A stretch of DNA of 32,825 nucleotides from Candidatus Methylomirabilis sp. (lineage in GTDB: Bacteria; Methylomirabilota; Methylomirabilia; Methylomirabilales; Methylomirabilaceae), in the NCBI GenBank assembly GCA_041498975.1, contig JBGQJI010000009.1:1-32825 (forward strand), in the 5' to 3' direction. Positions 27,982 to 32,825 of the stretch are shown in pieces (positions within the stretch are counted from its first letter, which is position 1; each line of letters opens with the position of its first letter). The position numbers were made by a program, and so were the translations under genes. The notes below the pieces were generated by a model. It worked only from the letters and a program-made list of their open reading frames with translations. It did not search any database and was not told the origin of the DNA.

Positions 27982-28877
27982 CGCCTGAGGCGCTGGGGCA
28001 CTACCTCGAAGAGCGGCGGCGGCTGGTCGACGAGGCTCTGGGGCGATTTCTGCCCGAGGCAGGCGACCACCCCAAGGAGATCCACGAGGCGGTCCGCTAT
28101 TCTGTCTTCGCCGGCGGAAAGAGGCTGCGACCGATCCTGGTCCTTGCGGCGATGGAGAGCGCAGGCGGTCACCTGGAGCGGGCGCTTCCGGCGGCAGCCG
28201 CCATCGAGTTGATCCATACCTATTCCCTGATCCACGACGACCTGCCGGCCATGGATGACGACGATTTTCGGCGCGGCCGGCCGACCTGCCACAAGGTCTA
28301 TGGCGAGGCGATGGCCATCCTCGCGGGTGACGCCCTGTTGACCCAGGCCTTCATCCTCCTGTCGGGCGAGAACCCGTCGGTTCCGGTGGATGCCGGGGCC
28401 CGACTCAGGGTCATCCACGAGATCGCCCAGGCGGCGGGCAGCAAAGGCATGGTCGGCGGCCAGGTGGTGGATATCCTCCATGAGGCTCGAGAGATCGACC
28501 TGCCGACCCTGCAATACGTGCACACCCACAAGACCGGCGCGCTGATCAGGGCATGCCTGCGTGTGGGCGGCATTCTCGCATCGGCCGGGCCCGAGCAGAT
28601 GGAGGCGCTCACCAGGTATGGCGAACGGATCGGACTCGCCTTCCAGATCGTGGACGACATCCTCGATCTGGAGGGGAGCCTGGAAGCGCTTGGGAAGCGG
28701 GCGGGGAGCGACCTGCGCAAGAAGAAGGCCACCTTTCCCGCCCTTCTCGGGATCGAAGAGTCGCGGCAACACGCCCGTCATCTGGTGGAAGAGGCGACGC
28801 ACGCCCTGATGGTGTTTGGCGACCGGCGGGCGGCGCTTGAGGCGATCGCCGATTTCGTCGTGACACGGCGGAGGTGA
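27978..28877 (+). CDS. ispA: Polyprenyl (farnesyl/geranylgeranyl) diphosphate synthase
   Basis: GGKRLRP, FARM HDDLPAMDDDDFRRG, KTGAL, SARM FQIVDDILD. Confidence 0.93.
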   Translation: MTPEALGHYLEERRRLVDEALGRFLPEAGDHPKEIHEAVRYSVFAGGKRLRPILVLAAMESAGGHLERALPAAAAIELIHTYSLIHDDLPAMDDDDFRRGRPTCHKVYGEAMAILAGDALLTQAFILLSGENPSVPVDAGARLRVIHEIAQAAGSKGMVGGQVVDILHEAREIDLPTLQYVHTHKTGALIRACLRVGGILASAGPEQMEALTRYGERIGLAFQIVDDILDLEGSLEALGKRAGSDLRKKKATFPALLGIEESRQHARHLVEEATHALMVFGDRRAALEAIADFVVTRRR

Positions 28878-28940
28878 TGCGCCATCTTCACCGCGCAATT
28901 CATCATGCCAGTGACGCGATGGCATCGCGGGAGTCCCGTT

Positions 28941-28976
28941 CCCTTCCGCCTGACCTTCTCCCCCCAGGGGAAAAGG
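28941..28976 (+). repeat. REP-like hairpin, CCCTC...CCTTCTCCC family
   Basis: CCCTTCCGCCTGA followed by CCTTCTCCCC-CCA-GGGGAAAAGG. Confidence 0.65.
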
Positions 28977-28981
28977 CGGGG

Positions 28982-29947
28982 ATGAAGGAGAAGGCCAAGC
29001 GGGTTCGCCTGGACCTGGCCATGCTGGATCGGGGGCTGGTGGCAAGCCGGGAACGAGCCAGGGCGTTGATCCTTGCGGGACGTGTCCTGGTTGACGGCCG
29101 AGTGGTGGATAAAGCAGGGACGTTGGTCGCTCCGGATGCGACGATTGCGCTCAAGGCCGCCGAGCACCCCTATGTGGGGCGAGGCGGGGTAAAGCTTCAG
29201 GGCGCGCTCGAGACCTTTGGCGTGAGCGTTGCCGGGCGCGTCTGCCTTGACCTAGGCGCTTCAACCGGCGGGTTCACCGATTGCCTGCTCCGGCACGGCG
29301 CCGCCTTGGTCTACGCCGTTGACGTCGGCCGCGGACAACTTGACGCAAGGCTCAGGACTGATCCCCGGGTGGTGGTCATGGAACGGACCCATGCGGCAAC
29401 GCTCGAGCCGGCCGACTTCCGGGACCGGCCAGACCTCGCAACGATCGATCTCTCGTTTATCTCCCTCGCCTCGATTCTCCCGGTCGTGCCTCCGCTTCTG
29501 GGCGACCCCGGCGAGATCCTGGCCCTGATCAAGCCTCAGTTCGAGGTTGGGAAGGGTCAGGTTGGGAAAGGCGGCGTGGTCCGTGATCCTGAGCAGCATC
29601 GACAGGTCATCACGAACATCGGTCGGGTGGCTATCGAGTTGGGACTGAAGATCCTTGGTGCAACCCCCTCTTGCCTGCTCGGGCCGAAGGGAAACCGCGA
29701 ATTCTTCATCTACCTGAGCCGGGACCGCCACTTCGACAGGCCTGTCCTGAGCCTAGTCGAAGGGCCTGTCCTGAACGAGGTCGAAGGGCTCAGTGCGCAG
29801 CCTGAGGTCAGTCGAAGGACCTGCCCTGAGCCGAGTCGAAGGGGCTCTCCTGAGCCTAGTCGAAGGATCGGCACTGGCCTTGACCCGGCGGAAGCGGCCG
29901 AGCAAGCCCTTGGAACATGCCCTGAGCCTAGTCGAAGCCCGTCGTGA
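28982..29947 (+). CDS. tlyA: TlyA family rRNA 2'-O-methyltransferase with a repeat-derived C-terminal insertion
   Basis: S4 domain RLD...SRERA, RGG.KL, LDLGASTGGFTD, DLSFISL, LIKPQFE, GPKGNREF. Confidence 0.95.
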   Translation: MKEKAKRVRLDLAMLDRGLVASRERARALILAGRVLVDGRVVDKAGTLVAPDATIALKAAEHPYVGRGGVKLQGALETFGVSVAGRVCLDLGASTGGFTDCLLRHGAALVYAVDVGRGQLDARLRTDPRVVVMERTHAATLEPADFRDRPDLATIDLSFISLASILPVVPPLLGDPGEILALIKPQFEVGKGQVGKGGVVRDPEQHRQVITNIGRVAIELGLKILGATPSCLLGPKGNREFFIYLSRDRHFDRPVLSLVEGPVLNEVEGLSAQPEVSRRTCPEPSRRGSPEPSRRIGTGLDPAEAAEQALGTCPEPSRSPS

Positions 29948-30058
29948 GCTCAGTCGAAGGGCCTGTCCTGAGCCAGAGTCGAAGGGCCTGTCACTTCGAC
30001 AGGCCTGTCCTGAGCGAGGTCGAAGGGCTCAGTGCGCAGCCTGAGCTCAGCGGAAGGG
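29729..30058. repeat. Cluster of nested REP-like palindromic elements (24-nt unit CCTGTCCTGAGCNNAGTCGAAGGG)
   Basis: Ten forward cores start at 29741, 29765, 29801, 29820, 29844, 29916, 29938, 29962, 30004 and 30040. Two inverse halves CACTTCGACAGG lie at 29729 and 29992. Confidence 0.92.
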
Positions 30059-30065
30059 AGGGAAG

Positions 30066-30920
30066 GTGAAACGGGTCGGCATCATCGCCAAGCCGCATAG
30101 GGCGGAAGCCCGGGTTGTCCTTGAAGAGCTGCTTCCTTGGCTCGAGGCCAGGGGTGTCGAACCGATCCTGGATATCGACACTGCGAGCTTGGCCGGGAGG
30201 CCTGCTGGTCGGCCTAAGGCCGATGTGCCCGGGCTGGTGGATCTCCTCCTGGTGCTGGGGGGGGACGGGACGCTCCTTTCAGTGGCGCGGCTGGTCGGAG
30301 CGCGTGATGTGCCGATCCTCGGGGTCAACCTCGGGGGCCTCGGGTTTTTGACCGAGGTGACCCTGGAGGAGCTCTATCAGGCTCTGGACGCGGTCTTCCA
30401 GGGCACCTACGAGGTCACGCAGCGGATCCTGCTGAGCGCCACGGTACACCGGCAGGGAGAGCGGATCGCCGAGTATGTGGCGCTGAATGACGCGGTCATC
30501 AACAAGGGCGCCCTGGCCCGGATGATCGAGCTGGAGACCCATATCGATGGACAGTATGTCACCACCTTCCAGGCCGACGGCCTGATCCTCTCCACCCCGA
30601 CCGGCTCCACTGCCTATAGTCTCGCTGCCGGGGGCCCGATCGTCTACCCCACACTCCGCGCCCTTGTCGTAACCCCGATCTGCCCCCACACATTGAACTT
30701 CCGTCCCCTCGTCATCCCGGATGCCGCCACGGTCGAGATCGTGCAGGGCTCGGCAAACGAAAACGCCTATTTGACCTTGGACGGCCAGGTCGGCTTCACC
30801 CTCCGTCATCGTGACGTGATAAAAGTCGTCCGCTCAGAGCATACTATCACCCTGCTCAAGGCCCCCGGGAAAAACTACTTCCAAATCCTTCGAGCCAAAC
30901 TGAAATGGGGCGAGCGGTGA
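30066..30920 (+). CDS. nadK: NAD(+) kinase
   Basis: LGGDGT, GVNLGGLGFL, ALND, DGLILSTPTGSTAYSL.AGGP, PICPH, DGQ, KLKWG. Confidence 0.96.
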   Translation: MKRVGIIAKPHRAEARVVLEELLPWLEARGVEPILDIDTASLAGRPAGRPKADVPGLVDLLLVLGGDGTLLSVARLVGARDVPILGVNLGGLGFLTEVTLEELYQALDAVFQGTYEVTQRILLSATVHRQGERIAEYVALNDAVINKGALARMIELETHIDGQYVTTFQADGLILSTPTGSTAYSLAAGGPIVYPTLRALVVTPICPHTLNFRPLVIPDAATVEIVQGSANENAYLTLDGQVGFTLRHRDVIKVVRSEHTITLLKAPGKNYFQILRAKLKWGER

Positions 30921-30924
30921 CGCC

Positions 30925-32631
30925 GTGCTCCGCGAGCTGAGCATCACAAACTTCGCCCTGATCGATGAGCTACGTGTGGAGTTCGGCCCGGGGCTCAATG
31001 TCCTGACGGGTGAGACCGGCGCCGGAAAATCGATCATCATCGATGCGTTGGGACTGGCGCTCGGGACGAGGGGCGAGGCGGAGCAGATCCGTACCGGGGC
31101 CGAGGGGGCGATGGTAGAAGCCGCCTTCGATCTCGGGAACGAGGAAGCCCGCCGTCTGCTGGGCGAGTGCGGGATCGAGTGCCCGCCTGAGGAGTTCCTC
31201 GTGGTGCGGCGGCTCCTGCTACGAGAGGGAAAGAGCAAGGCCTATCTGAATAATCGCCTCTCATCCGCGGCGTTGCTTCGCGACCTTGCCGAGCTCCTGA
31301 TCGAAGTCCATGGCCAGCACCAAGGATCCCTTCTGATCCAGCCAAGTCGCCAGCGCCTCCTCCTCGACGCGTACGCCGGCCTGGCAGGCGACGTCGCGGC
31401 CTTCCGCACGCTATACAGCAGGCGGCAGGCCCTCAGGGAAGAGCTGGACTCATTGCGGGCAGGGGAGCGAGAGAAAGCCCAACGGCTCGATCTGCTCCAG
31501 CATCAGCGAGGAGAGATCGCTGCCGCGCGCCTGGCCGATGGGGAGGAAGAGGAGCTGATTCAGGAGCGGACGATCCTGAACCACGCGGAGCGGCTGCACG
31601 CTGCGGCACACCTGGGGTACGAGGGCCTGTACGGAGAGGAGGGTTCGGTGGTCGGTCGTCTTGCCGCGATCCTGTCGAAGCTCAGAGAGGCGCAGGCGAT
31701 CGATCCGAGGATGAAGGAGGCGGCGGATGCCTGCGAGGCGGCCATCGCCTCGGTCGAAGATTCGGCGGCCCAGCTCAGGGACTATCGGGAGAGCGTCGCG
31801 TTTGACCCGGAGCGACTGGAACAGGTGGAGGCCCGTCTGCACGAGATCGGGAAGTTAAAGCGGAAGTACGGCGGCTCGATCGGCGAGATCCTGAAGTTTG
31901 CGGCGTCGGCTGAAGGGGAATTGCGTCGCCTCCTCGGCTCTGAAGAGCGTAGCCAGGAGCTCGAGCGCGAGCTGGGGACTTTGGAAGCCACTCTCACGCA
32001 GCAGGCGGCTGCCCTCTCGGCGCGCCGCACGGCGGCAGCCAGTCGATTGGCCGAGGCGGTGCGCCAGGAGCTGCAGGCCCTGAAAATGGAGAAAGCGGTT
32101 TTTGCTGTTCAGGTTACGCCCCGCCATGGATCGGGCGGTCTTCGTCTCGAGGCCAGCGGGGCAGACGAGGTGGAGTTCCTGATCGCGCCGAATCCCGGCG
32201 AGGAGCTGAAGCCTCTCGCCCGTATCGCCTCCGGCGGTGAGCTGTCCAGGGTCATGCTGGCCATCAAGGCCATCCTCGCGGCCTCGGACCAGATCCCCAC
32301 GCTGATTTTTGACGAGGTGGACGTGGGGATCGGGGGCGGGATGGCCGAGGTGGTAGGCCAGAAGCTCTGGGCCATCGCCAAGCAACGGCAGGTCCTCACC
32401 ATCACCCACCTCCCCCAGATCGCCTCTCTGGCCGACCGGCATCTTTCGATCTCCAAGCGGGTCAAGGGGACTCGGACTGAAACCTCAGTCCGCGCGCTGG
32501 AGGGCGAAGAAAGGGTCCATGAGATCGTGCGGATGCTGGGGTCAAAAGGGCAAGCCGGCATCCCCCTCCAACATGCCCAGGAGATCTTGGAGGCCGCCCG
32601 GCGGTGGAAGGCGGCAAGGCCACGCCGTTGA
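30925..32631 (+). CDS. recN: DNA repair protein RecN
   Basis: TGETGAGKS, HGQH, coiled coil, ASGGELSR, IFDEVD.GIGG, ITHLPQIA. Confidence 0.97.
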   Translation: MLRELSITNFALIDELRVEFGPGLNVLTGETGAGKSIIIDALGLALGTRGEAEQIRTGAEGAMVEAAFDLGNEEARRLLGECGIECPPEEFLVVRRLLLREGKSKAYLNNRLSSAALLRDLAELLIEVHGQHQGSLLIQPSRQRLLLDAYAGLAGDVAAFRTLYSRRQALREELDSLRAGEREKAQRLDLLQHQRGEIAAARLADGEEEELIQERTILNHAERLHAAAHLGYEGLYGEEGSVVGRLAAILSKLREAQAIDPRMKEAADACEAAIASVEDSAAQLRDYRESVAFDPERLEQVEARLHEIGKLKRKYGGSIGEILKFAASAEGELRRLLGSEERSQELERELGTLEATLTQQAAALSARRTAAASRLAEAVRQELQALKMEKAVFAVQVTPRHGSGGLRLEASGADEVEFLIAPNPGEELKPLARIASGGELSRVMLAIKAILAASDQIPTLIFDEVDVGIGGGMAEVVGQKLWAIAKQRQVLTITHLPQIASLADRHLSISKRVKGTRTETSVRALEGEERVHEIVRMLGSKGQAGIPLQHAQEILEAARRWKAARPRR

Positions 32632-32673
32632 CCGCTCCACCCAGCTCCGTACGTCGGGCTGCACCAAAAGGGG

Positions 32674-32749
32674 TAGCCTCTCCCCAAACCGGTTGGACCA
32701 CAGCCTCTACATTTTCGCCTGGACGCATGGCTGGTTTGGGGATGGGTTG
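32674..32749. other. Long imperfect inverted repeat downstream of recN
   Basis: TCCCCAAACCGG (32681-32692) pairs with CTGGTTTGGGGA (32731-32742) and can be extended with G-U pairs. Confidence 0.55.
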
Positions 32750-32799
32750 TAACTAGTTGGATTTATTGAGACCAGTCATTTTTCCTGAGAAATGAATTC

Positions 32800-32815
32800 T
32801 GGCACTCCTCGTGCA
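32800..32815 (+). promoter_or_regulatory. Putative sigma54 (-24/-12) promoter for a gene beyond the window
   Basis: TGGCAC-N5-GTGCA with exact GG-N10-GC spacing. An AT-rich IHF-like TAACTAGTTG lies at 32750-32759. Confidence 0.6.
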
Positions 32816-32825
32816 TAATTCGAGC

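Noticed and set aside
28874..28981. TlyA N-terminal extension from GTG 28874
   Set aside because: It runs through a REP-like hairpin, and the S4 domain starts just after ATG 28982.
29729..30058. CRISPR array
   Set aside because: The units abut or nest without unique equal-length spacers, they are degenerate, and no cas genes or leader are present.

Overview
GC-rich bacterial chromosomal window from a diderm, LPS-producing organism. Gene content and style suggest NC10/Methylomirabilota or a related deep lineage, but that is unconfirmed inference. From 1 to 15.6 kb is a Kdo/LPS surface-glycan locus: kdsA, an MsbA-like flippase, a methyltransferase, GT2, GT4, three GT87-type (GT-C) membrane glycosyltransferases, a polyprenol-phosphate-sugar synthase, GT9, kdsD and kdsC. 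It contains several decay scars: a frameshifted epimerase, a deletion fusion and a partial kdsD duplicate. Next come metK-ahcY, lptF-lptG (minus strand), DUF502, a secreted five-repeat beta-propeller/DUF4214 protein, comEC and xseA-xseB-ispA-tlyA-nadK-recN (no dxs). The most unusual signals are non-coding. (1) A nested 24-nt palindromic repeat element has expanded in frame inside tlyA. (2) Seven-nt-period tandem arrays, usually as inverted pairs, sit at many gene junctions with different unit sequences. (3) A dispersed CCCTC...CCTTCTCCC hairpin family is present. (4) Four sigma70-like promoters are followed directly by ATG (leaderless), two of them opening short uORFs ahead of comEC and lptF. 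No CRISPR array, rRNA, tRNA, transposase or integrase was seen.
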